From a bacterium (GTDB lineage: Bacteria > Auribacterota > Auribacteria > Auribacterales > Auribacteraceae), in assembly GCA_021161885.1 (NCBI GenBank), contig JAGGZS010000066.1:1-33072 (forward strand): DNA of 33,072 nucleotides, read 5' to 3'. Each line of letters opens with the position of its first letter. Positions within the stretch are counted from its first letter, which is position 1. A program made the position numbers and the translations under genes. This document shows, piece by piece, positions 1 through 8,198 of the stretch. The notes under the pieces are model-generated. The model was not told the DNA's origin. It worked only from the letters and a program-made list of their open reading frames with translations, and made no database searches.

Positions 1-3000
1 CGATTTCCGCCGCAATAGCGGTTCCGTTTAAATTTTTAACTGTCACATCAAACGATGTGGTTGATTTGTTCGATACAATGACAACTCCGTCAGTACCGTC
101 GGTTATTGTGCAAACAACTTTCGGTACAGCGGTAAATGTTTCTCCATAAGATATTGTTTTTCCTGAACTCGGGATTGATACATCTCCTCCGTAAACAACT
201 ACTATGTCCGGTGATAAAAACCCGACGATTAAAGAGTATAAGTAAATGTTGTAACTGGAGTTTGAAGTGTTCCATAGAAATTTCAGTTTAACGTACCGTG
301 CCGTATAAACCGTAGACGTGCTTATATCCGCAAAAGATGTCCATGTTGTACCGTCTGATGAATACGATATCTGAATAGTAAAAGTTTGGGAATTTGCGTC
401 AACTTTACCGATTACGGATGACACCTGAAATTCCGTGACAGTTTTTAAATCGAAATCTCTTTGCATCTCAATGCTGCCCGACGTTTCAAAATTATCATCC
501 AGTACAAAGTTACCGTCATTGATTAATGCTTGCCAGGTTTTGCCCAGGTTCTCCAATTCCTGCCATGTTTGTTGAGTAGCCAAGGCAAACACCGGCCGGA
601 CATAATTACGCGAAAAATCAGCCCGATAATGAACATCAATATTGTTTGTTTTAAGATGAAACGGGTACTCAGAGAACAAATCAAATTCTGTAATAAACCG
701 TGACGTATCTTTTAACTCAACATCAATATCATCATAAGATGCCAGAGCCGATTCGTTACCTGATGTATCCACAGCTTTAATCAGGTAGCGAATATTCCCC
801 AATTCAGATACCGGCAACAAGATGGATGTTGTCCTTACATCTTCAACTACAGTTACCGCATCGGTTTCCCAATCAGACCCTTTTTTTATTTTGTAATGGG
901 ACAAATCTATATCAGCTACACCATCCCATGTGAGCTGAAGATTTGTTCCTACCTGCTGAACATCAAAATTCCGAACATTTTCCGGCTCAGCGGATTTCCC
1001 GACGATCGTAATATCTGCATAAGGACTGTTATCAATCGCATTCTGCGCTCCGTCTTTACTTACAGACACAACGGCCACACGATAAGTCTGTAAGTCGGCA
1101 AACTCATCTATAATGGCAAAATTAACTCCATACGTTTCTCCGATTTGCTTCCATGTACTTCCCTCATCATTCGATAAGAATATCCGGGCTTTCTCATATG
1201 TCTTCAGATAATAATCACCTGGGCTGGTCGGTTTCTGAAACCAAGCCGTAACCTTGGTTGATACAGTCCCGTCAAGTTCCTTGAACAATTCTTCAGATAA
1301 AACAAGGTTTTCTATATACGGTATCATACTGTTAAGTGCTGAATAATTTCTGTCCGGTAAGGTTAACCCTGAATCGTCATAAATACGTTCATCATATGTT
1401 CTGGCTGTTATTTTTACTTCGTTCTTATTGTCCCGTTCAATCTTGATTATTCTGGCTGGATAAACAACTTTATTGTTCTCTCCGAACGCGTATATGTCGA
1501 AATCCTGAGGGATTTGCGTGAAACTGTCTGATAAGTTTAACTCGTTATAAGTTCCGGGACTATTTGTTACAGTTCGTTCTTCCGTAGTATCGTCGCTGAA
1601 AGTTACTCTGAGTTTATATGTTTTGCCGGATTCAATAATAACCTCGTCATCAAGTCGGATTCGGTCTTTACCAAGCGAATGAATATACGCAACATTTTCT
1701 GCGGTCAGTTCATAATCATATATTCTTACATCATCTAAATGCCCGGATAATATCTCGCTTGACGCCGTTACATCTATCGCGCCTATTGTTAAACCATACG
1801 ATGTTATTTGAATAGACGATTTAGTTGTATTTTTTGTTTCTTTTAGAACACCATTTACATAGAAATTTACTTTTTGATTAACACTATCAAAGACAACAGC
1901 TATATGGTACCATGTACTGTCAAACGTCAAATAACTGTTATCCGTTCGAATAACATCATAACTTCCGTCGTTTAAAAGTAACCATAATTTACCGTCATTA
2001 TTTACACGGAACCTGTATGCTAAATTAGTTTTAGAAACTATGTTATAATGATTATCAGGTGTGGAATCCGTTAATTTCACCCAAGAGGATATACTCAGAC
2101 TACCTGTAATGTTACCGTTATTTCCACAATCTATATAACTGTTGCCATTAAATGCAAGCGCCGTATTGATTTTACCGGCTACACTATTTTCTGCGGTATA
2201 TGAACTACCTGACTTGTTAGTAAAAACAGCATTGTTGCCGTTCTCTTCAACAACAACAGCGTTATCCGCGTTATCATCCATTTTATAATGAAGTAATGCA
2301 TCGGCAGGTATAGTTCCTAATTTTTTCAGCCTGCCAGAGAAACCGTATTGAGGCACATCATGCGATATGCCTATCACATCGCCGGGTTGCGATATAACCG
2401 CATCAATGCCCGCTTTGAACGATATGGTTTTATCATGATATTTAGCCGCCCGTATAGCGTACCGTCCTTCACGAACCGCCTGCGATAATCTGGTACATGT
2501 AAGGCGTATTACTTTTTTTCGGCGGGGGACTATTTGCTGACCGTTTGAATCGTAAAGTACATCTTTATCTTCTATCTCTACACTATCTTGTTTATAATCG
2601 TTATCTTCATCCATAAACTGAACTTCAACAACATTTATTTTTTCTTTCTTAGATACCCAAGTTTGCTCGAACTCATTTATAATATTACCCATTCCGTATG
2701 TTTTGAAAACCTGATTCGGATCTTCTTGTTTATCTATTTTCAGATGAATCGCGCCGGCTGAATAATAAGCCATACCCCGAAACGAGGCGGATAACTGGGC
2801 TATAACGTCAAGTACTTTAGTTGCGGAATCAAGTACTGCGTCAAGTTTAAACAGTTTCTCGTAACCGCCGTTTCCGTCCGGCGTTTTCGTATCACAATAC
2901 TGTGCCATCTCAAGCAAAAGATCGTTGTTCAGCGCGGATACGTTTATGTAATCGCCTACTCCGTATACATCATTGGTGAGCAGGTCTTTTATTATCCAAA

Positions 3001-4345
3001 CAGGATTAGACGAATATTTGTTAACATAACTTGAACCGTCCCATGTTAACGCCGTATCATCTGAAAACAATTTGTAACATTCACTGTCTGCGTCCCAGTA
3101 ATAATCGTCGTAATCCACTTCAGTTGAGCCGTTCATTACTTTAGGCTGTGATACTTTTCTTTTTGCTATACACGTTACATTCGGTTCGGTATTGTTCAGC
3201 TGTTCCGTAGCAAGAAATCTGAGACCTAACAAAGCTCTTCCGGTATAAGCAAGTGTGATATCTCTTATTTCATCTATTGCCTGAACTCTCATTGCGCCTG
3301 AAGCAAGCTCATTGTCCACTCCGCCGGTTTTTATGATTCGAATATCATATTTATCCGGCTCAAGCCCTTCCTGCCTGTATATTCTCCGAACAGCTGATCT
3401 CTGTTTTGCGCTTATCGTATAAGAACTGTTTCCGTTCATGTAAGACCATGTTGAAGCACTATGCTTTTTGTATTCTATCGTGAATGTCACGGAATGTGTT
3501 GTTATGCCATTGAAATCAGGTTGCTGTACCTGAATATATAATCCGTTCGGACATGTGATATACACTTCGAATGCGTCTATATCGCTTAAACTTGTTGTGT
3601 ATGTAACACCAGGTCCGTTTATTTCAATATCCACTCCGATAGGGTTCACATGGTGTGTCTGATCAAAATAAGGAATGACACTTTGATCAGCTGTACCATA
3701 TCGCTTGAAAATCTCAACGCCGCTGAAATTAGAGACGGGATTATCGTTTATAAGTAAATCGTCTATATATTCAAGTTCCCCTTCACCAAGGCAAATAAGC
3801 ATATTGAGATAATTTTTGTCCCCGTCGGTAGATATGTACTGGTTGATTTTGTTGCCTCCGACACGATGTTTACCGAGCACAATTCCTACAGGTACACCTG
3901 TTGAGGCAATAAGAGTGATTCCGTCCCATCCGTAAGTAGGGCTACCGTCTTCAATACCGCCTGTATGCGATAACCCGTGACTTGCCTGGCGAGGTCCGGA
4001 AGTAACGGCTGAATAAATAGAATACCCGACAGAAGCCATTGCTATCCCGATATATATATACGGAGCTGCCGCTGCCAACGCTGAGGTAATCGGAGCGAGG
4101 ATCGTGCCGGCAGTCAAAAAAGCAAGAAAACCTAATTCTACATCCGGTGTAATTATAATCTCGTCATTATTTTCAAGTGTCCGCGACATGTCCGCGACAA
4201 CTTCACCACCTATAATAATTTTCTGATCTTCAAGATCATAATCCTTCAGATAATCAGATAACTTTTTACTGACATCAAACTCAACTTTTTTAGTTGACCT
4301 GCCTTCATTGCTTAATATATTCGGGATAACCTTAATTGTAATCAT
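1..4345 (-). CDS. Host-specificity/central tail fibre protein, lambda J-like, with an N-terminal lambda I-like segment fused in frame; 3' end lies beyond the window (more than 1448 codons)
   Basis: My translation from ATG at 4345 is open all the way to position 1; it is absent from the ORF track only because it is partial. The N-terminus is MITIKVIPN...IIITPDVELGFLAFLTAG... followed by a hydrophobic stretch, then VPVGIVLGKHRVGGNKINQYIS, which parallels lambda gpI (VLPVLYGEMRVGSRVVSQEIS). Then come J-like blocks: NPVWIIKDLLTNDVYGVG...AQYCDTKTPDGNGGYEKLF parallels lambda J NMAWCLWDMLTHPRYGMG...GQYCDQSVPDGFGGTEPRI. The start overlaps the upstream K-like gene by 14 nt. Confidence 0.9.
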   Translation of the reverse strand, partial: MITIKVIPNILSNEGRSTKKVEFDVSKKLSDYLKDYDLEDQKIIIGGEVVADMSRTLENNDEIIITPDVELGFLAFLTAGTILAPITSALAAAAPYIYIGIAMASVGYSIYSAVTSGPRQASHGLSHTGGIEDGSPTYGWDGITLIASTGVPVGIVLGKHRVGGNKINQYISTDGDKNYLNMLICLGEGELEYIDDLLINDNPVSNFSGVEIFKRYGTADQSVIPYFDQTHHVNPIGVDIEINGPGVTYTTSLSDIDAFEVYITCPNGLYIQVQQPDFNGITTHSVTFTIEYKKHSASTWSYMNGNSSYTISAKQRSAVRRIYRQEGLEPDKYDIRIIKTGGVDNELASGAMRVQAIDEIRDITLAYTGRALLGLRFLATEQLNNTEPNVTCIAKRKVSQPKVMNGSTEVDYDDYYWDADSECYKLFSDDTALTWDGSSYVNKYSSNPVWIIKDLLTNDVYGVGDYINVSALNNDLLLEMAQYCDTKTPDGNGGYEKLFKLDAVLDSATKVLDVIAQLSASFRGMAYYSAGAIHLKIDKQEDPNQVFKTYGMGNIINEFEQTWVSKKEKINVVEVQFMDEDNDYKQDSVEIEDKDVLYDSNGQQIVPRRKKVIRLTCTRLSQAVREGRYAIRAAKYHDKTISFKAGIDAVISQPGDVIGISHDVPQYGFSGRLKKLGTIPADALLHYKMDDNADNAVVVEENGNNAVFTNKSGSSYTAENSVAGKINTALAFNGNSYIDCGNNGNITGSLSISSWVKLTDSTPDNHYNIVSKTNLAYRFRVNNDGKLWLLLNDGSYDVIRTDNSYLTFDSTWYHIAVVFDSVNQKVNFYVNGVLKETKNTTKSSIQITSYGLTIGAIDVTASSEILSGHLDDVRIYDYELTAENVAYIHSLGKDRIRLDDEVIIESGKTYKLRVTFSDDTTEERTVTNSPGTYNELNLSDSFTQIPQDFDIYAFGENNKVVYPARIIKIERDNKNEVKITARTYDERIYDDSGLTLPDRNYSALNSMIPYIENLVLSEELFKELDGTVSTKVTAWFQKPTSPGDYYLKTYEKARIFLSNDEGSTWKQIGETYGVNFAIIDEFADLQTYRVAVVSVSKDGAQNAIDNSPYADITIVGKSAEPENVRNFDVQQVGTNLQLTWDGVADIDLSHYKIKKGSDWETDAVTVVEDVRTTSILLPVSELGNIRYLIKAVDTSGNESALASYDDIDVELKDTSRFITEFDLFSEYPFHLKTNNIDVHYRADFSRNYVRPVFALATQQTWQELENLGKTWQALINDGNFVLDDNFETSGSIEMQRDFDLKTVTEFQVSSVIGKVDANSQTFTIQISYSSDGTTWTSFADISTSTVYTARYVKLKFLWNTSNSSYNIYLYSLIVGFLSPDIVVVYGGDVSIPSSGKTISYGETFTAVPKVVCTITDGTDGVVIVSNKSTTSFDVTVKNLNGTAIAAEI

Positions 4346-4742
4346 TTTTTATCCTGTAAAAACCATGTATCCTGTTTTTAAAATCATTAAACCGGCTAAC
4401 AATAACCCCTGACTTAACAGCACAATGAATAAACCGACCGCGCGACAAAATTAAACCGGCATGATTCGCTATACCTTTACTGTTTTCAAGCAATACAACA
4501 TCGAACCTCTCAGCCCGTGAAACTTGTTTCCATTGCAGATAATAATGTTCTAAAAAATAATTTTCGCCTTCTGATCCCCAATCTTTTTTATAATCTATTC
4601 CGGGATCGTAAATCTGATATCCTAAATCAGCAAAAACCAATTTCAAGAAACCCCAGCAATCAAGCCCGTCTCTTGTTCGTCCTTTGTGTTTGAACGGTAT
4701 TCCTAAATATCTTCTAATCAGTTCATTCTCAGAAAGCGTCAA
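4332..4742 (-). CDS. Tail-associated NlpC/P60 cysteine peptidase (lambda K-like, P60 domain only)
   Basis: Catalytic Cys context GLDCWGFLKLVF and downstream His (NHAGLIL...FIHC). Position between the L-like and I/J-like genes. TTG start overlapping the L-like stop (GCTTGA). Confidence 0.8.
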   Translation of the reverse strand: MTLSENELIRRYLGIPFKHKGRTRDGLDCWGFLKLVFADLGYQIYDPGIDYKKDWGSEGENYFLEHYYLQWKQVSRAERFDVVLLENSKGIANHAGLILSRGRFIHCAVKSGVIVSRFNDFKNRIHGFYRIKNDYN

Positions 4743-5242
4743 GCTATATAAACCCTTTTTGTAGGTATACCGGGGAAATCGTCCCGGCTGTAAATTTTTC
4801 GCGGTATCGTTACATCATTAATATCGAATTTTGAACTTGCTAAGAACACAACCGAATTCTCATTTGAGGTAGGATAATCTATATAAAACAGGTCTTCTAT
4901 TACTGCATCAGGGTTACTTATGGTATCCCTGAATATTTGTTTGATAGACACTTTTTTGTCTCTCAACCCGTCGTATTCGTTAATGTAAAATTCTATTTCT
5001 CGAGATACATTGGAAACTGTTATTCTGACTTGGTCAATCTGTCCTTGAGAGTTTTCTGAAATAGGTTGGTGAGTAATCGGAAACCTTAAATATTCAACAC
5101 CATCGAAATACACATTTTCATCATTATCCGTCAAACAAAGATTTGTGCCGTTATTATCATAATCAAATACGGTATACAGAAAAATCGGCTGATTTTCCCG
5201 CTTATTTTTTTCTATTATATAATCAACGTTAAGCGACCGCAT
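4739..5242 (-). CDS. Minor tail protein L-like
   Basis: Synteny (after M-like, before K-like). Pattern YLRFPITHQPISENSQGQIDQVRITVSNV parallels lambda gpL YQPYPIQGSGFELNGKGTSTRPTLTVSNL. Lacks the Cys-rich C-terminus of lambda gpL. Confidence 0.75.
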   Translation of the reverse strand: MRSLNVDYIIEKNKRENQPIFLYTVFDYDNNGTNLCLTDNDENVYFDGVEYLRFPITHQPISENSQGQIDQVRITVSNVSREIEFYINEYDGLRDKKVSIKQIFRDTISNPDAVIEDLFYIDYPTSNENSVVFLASSKFDINDVTIPRKIYSRDDFPGIPTKRVYIA

Positions 5243-5581
5243 TTATAAAACTTCCTTAAACTCTATTTCTATTGAATAAATATTATAAGCGTTTCGTGTT
5301 ACAGACAATTTGTCTGAATTAAACCTGACTGTATACTCGGTTGAGTCTTCAGGATTTGTCCAGGTAAACGATGAATATTGGCCGTATTTTGATTGAAAAA
5401 ACGCAAGGATCTGATTCTTTTCTGCCTGAGTCCTGTTTTTAAACGTCAAACGCCAGCTTTTATCTTGACGTGTGCGCTTCTTGCGTCTTTGTTCCACCCC
5501 GTTTTCAAAGGTAGAAACCAAAGTTTTGAATTCTTCGACAGCAGTAATTATATTATCCGGATTCCATATAAAATCAGACAC
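5243..5581 (-). CDS. Minor tail protein M-like (distal tail)
   Basis: 112 aa, compared with 109 aa for lambda gpM. FENGVEQRR...ILAFFQSKYGQYSSFTWTNPED parallels lambda gpM FGDGYSQRA...LESFLEEHGGWKSFLWTPPYE. GTG start overlapping the tape-measure stop. Confidence 0.75.
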   Translation of the reverse strand: MSDFIWNPDNIITAVEEFKTLVSTFENGVEQRRKKRTRQDKSWRLTFKNRTQAEKNQILAFFQSKYGQYSSFTWTNPEDSTEYTVRFNSDKLSVTRNAYNIYSIEIEFKEVL

Positions 5582-7421
5582 TTTTAATCGTCTCCCTTAA
5601 CGGACTTCTTGTTTGTATGGAATTTATTAAAAACTGTTCGATTTGAGGCATAATGCGCATAACGCTTTGCCCGTCCATTGCCTGAATAATAAAAAAATTA
5701 TTAATTGCTCCTTGACCTTGATTACCTTTCAGGTCAACAGGTATGCTCCGTCCGTCCGGAAGGGGTACAACAGCTTCGTTTTTATATTTACCTTCGCCGA
5801 TTAACCCAAGTGTAGGACCGTCGGATACACCACCGCCGGCAAACGCCCTGAACGTACCGGGTATAACTCCTCCGTTGGCAAATCCTAACCCGCTTAATCC
5901 TGCAAAACCTTTGAAAACGGCTGCTGTTATTTGTTGCGCCGCAAACTCCGCGGCGATTTGTGCAAAAACATCTAATATTCGGTTCCCGAAATTTATAAAA
6001 ACTTCTTCAACGCTTTTTGTCTGCCGTATAAGGTCTTTAAAAGCTGTCCCCAGAGACTCTTTTATCCCGTAAGCAAGATTATGAGCGGCAAGTTTGCCTT
6101 GTTCTTCTAAATCACTAAACTTATCTATTAGACCATCAATCGACTGCCCTTCTTCCTTGCCTTCGTGACCAAACAACGTTCCTACAAAACCTTCTTTAAA
6201 TTGAGCGTACAAACTTAATTTTTTCTCAACCTCGTTTGTTATATCCGCGGCTATTTTTAATTCTTGTTGAGCTTTCTTATGTTTTTCTTCTAATAATATA
6301 TTTTCTTTGTTAATAAGTTCCGCCCGCTCTTTTATCTTTGCATTGATCAAGTCCATTAAAGGCACTTCGTCTTTTGACCTGATATGGACAGAATAAGTCC
6401 ATCCTTTCTTTTTGTCCGATTGTGCCAACATTTCTTTAATCCGCTGATTGATCGTTTTTCCCTCAAATCCCTTCATCTCTCCCCAGATTGTCAAAGGTCT
6501 CATCAACCAATTCCAAAAACCTTTTTTAATAGATTTTTTGCCGGATTCTAACTTAGACATCAAACGCTCGACAACAATATCCCAGATATCAGGAAGTGAG
6601 GTGAAAAGCGCAACTATTTCATTGTGATGTTCAGTTATCATGTCTGATAATTTATTAAAAAATTCAGTAAGTTTAGGCAGGTATTTTTTGCCGATATCAG
6701 CTGTTAACTCAAATATTTTAGATTTAAAAACGGCAACTGCGGCATCAAAATTATTTTTCATTAAATCCATTGCGTTCGGAAACTGTTTTGTCCATATATC
6801 AAGTAAAGAATTCCTAATTTCTTTATTCAGCTGAATGGTTGTTTTGTTTGCTTTTTCAATTTCCACTACCATTCGTTTAGGACCTTTGCCTGCAGCAATG
6901 ATAATGCTTTTTCCTTGCCGGTCAACCTCAACGCCAAGTTGACGTAACGTTCTTTTATTTAAACCGATAAACGCATTTGATATATCAGCCACTTCTCTTT
7001 TAAATATAACAGCGACATTCCCTAATTTTTTAACTACAGTTTCTGCAGACTCAACCCCAACCGACTCAAGCACTTTAAATGCCTCAATCACATCCTTTGT
7101 CTCAAGAGGTGACTCAGCTGCAAATTTACGCATTTCATGTAATGCAACTGCCGCTTTTTTGGCATCACCGTAAATGGCGGTCAACTGTGCCCGATAATTT
7201 TCAATATCAGCTGCAGGTCGAATAAACATATTAGCGCCTAAAACCGCACTTAATCCGAGTAATCCGGTTTTTAAATTAAAAACCATCTTGGTTAAACCTC
7301 GTAAAGCCGCCTTTGCTTTAGCTGTCATCCAGGAAAACGATCTGCCGATTAGCTTTAAATTCGGAGATATATTATTCTTCATTTTTGCGATAATTTCATA
7401 TGTCTTCTTAGCGTCTGCCAT
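5574..7421 (-). CDS. Tail tape measure protein
   Basis: 615 aa, largely helical/coiled-coil, with hydrophobic Gly-rich segments. C-terminal GGVIPG...GGGVSDGPTLGLIGEGKYKNEAVVPLPDG block typical of tape measure proteins. Located immediately after the G/GT chaperone pair. Confidence 0.85.
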   Translation of the reverse strand: MADAKKTYEIIAKMKNNISPNLKLIGRSFSWMTAKAKAALRGLTKMVFNLKTGLLGLSAVLGANMFIRPAADIENYRAQLTAIYGDAKKAAVALHEMRKFAAESPLETKDVIEAFKVLESVGVESAETVVKKLGNVAVIFKREVADISNAFIGLNKRTLRQLGVEVDRQGKSIIIAAGKGPKRMVVEIEKANKTTIQLNKEIRNSLLDIWTKQFPNAMDLMKNNFDAAVAVFKSKIFELTADIGKKYLPKLTEFFNKLSDMITEHHNEIVALFTSLPDIWDIVVERLMSKLESGKKSIKKGFWNWLMRPLTIWGEMKGFEGKTINQRIKEMLAQSDKKKGWTYSVHIRSKDEVPLMDLINAKIKERAELINKENILLEEKHKKAQQELKIAADITNEVEKKLSLYAQFKEGFVGTLFGHEGKEEGQSIDGLIDKFSDLEEQGKLAAHNLAYGIKESLGTAFKDLIRQTKSVEEVFINFGNRILDVFAQIAAEFAAQQITAAVFKGFAGLSGLGFANGGVIPGTFRAFAGGGVSDGPTLGLIGEGKYKNEAVVPLPDGRSIPVDLKGNQGQGAINNFFIIQAMDGQSVMRIMPQIEQFLINSIQTRSPLRETIKSV

Positions 7422-8171
7422 TTTTCGACATCCTTTTTATTTTCTCATTCTTAATTTTCGCAACTTCGTTGTCTAAAAAAGAACATGCTTCTAAAAATAT
7501 ATTTGCCTGTTCTAAAACTCCGCCTTCTTCAGGTAAAAAACCTTTTTTATAAAAACCGTAAAACTTTATAAACTCTCGTAATGTTTCAACTTTTCGCAAT
7601 GGACATCGGTATATATCTTCTGTTCCCGAACCATGACATATTTCACAGTCTTTATTTTTCCCGCCACACTTAACACACTGTATTGTTAAAACAGGATCGG
7701 ATGCGTCTTTTTCACATCCATACAATTCTTTTTGTGTTGAGCCGCAAGTTCTGCAATCAAAACTCAAATCATCAACAATAAAACCTGCGGCAAATATCAG
7801 TTTTTTGCTTGTTCCTCTGATATTATATTAGTTTCTATAATTGCACTGTTCAGTTCCCTTATTTCACTGAATGTAAGACAATCAAGCAACCTGTCTGCCT
7901 CTTTATACGAATATTCGAATTTATTACCTTCATCGTCATACAGGTTTTTACAAGTTTTTAAAGAGGCTTTACAAATTTCAACAAACGCTTCGTTTATTTT
8001 GTCTAAATTTTCCTGTTCATCCTCTATCACCTTAAAAAGTGAAACAACTTTGGCAAACTTACGCTGTGTTAAAATTTTAATTTTAAACACAGCCCGCTGG
8101 TCTTCAGGTAACTTTTTATGTGACTTTAAAACATAATCATTAACTCTATTTAAACCGACCGGTATAGCCAT
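7408..8171 (-). CDS. Tail assembly chaperone frameshift fusion (lambda GT-like), predicted -1 frameshift at 7806..7800
   Basis: The frame of ORF 7408..7767 is -1 relative to G. It stays open upstream to 7827, so it overlaps the end of G. The heptamer A AAA AAC sits in the correct phase (GCA AAA AAC TGA). The shifted reading continues KKLIFAAGFIVDDLSFDCRTCG... Confidence 0.7.
7797..8171 (-). CDS. Tail assembly chaperone (lambda G-like), zero-frame product
   Basis: Position between the tube and tape-measure genes; acidic C-terminus. I prefer the ATG at 8171, preceded by GGAAGAGGAG, over the TTG at 8177 given in the track. Ends ...EEQAKN-TGA, directly on a slippery heptamer. Confidence 0.8.
   Translation of the reverse strand: MAIPVGLNRVNDYVLKSHKKLPEDQRAVFKIKILTQRKFAKVVSLFKVIEDEQENLDKINEAFVEICKASLKTCKNLYDDEGNKFEYSYKEADRLLDCLTFSEIRELNSAIIETNIISEEQAKN
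7800..7806 (-). promoter_or_regulatory. Programmed -1 ribosomal frameshift slippery heptamer A AAA AAC
   Basis: X XXY YYZ heptamer in zero-frame phase, one codon before the G stop. Its position is equivalent to the conserved G/GT frameshift of long-tailed phages. Confidence 0.65.
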
Positions 8172-8198
8172 AATCAAAAACTCCTCTTCCTGATTAAT

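Noticed and set aside
90-1093. Track ORFs 90..275 (-) and 896..1093 (+)
   Set aside because: Both lie inside the long partial J-like reading frame (1..4345, minus), out of frame or antisense. They have no SD and no recognisable motif, so they are treated as spurious.
1-4345. Diversity-generating retroelement targeting the tail fibre
   Set aside because: No reverse transcriptase ORF is present, and I found no obvious template/variable repeat pair with adenine-specific differences anywhere in the window.
7408-7767. Independent TTG-initiated 119-aa gene as given in the track
   Set aside because: The frame stays open upstream to 7827 and is exactly -1 relative to the G-like gene, which ends on an A AAA AAC heptamer. 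I reinterpret it as the T part of a G/GT frameshift fusion.
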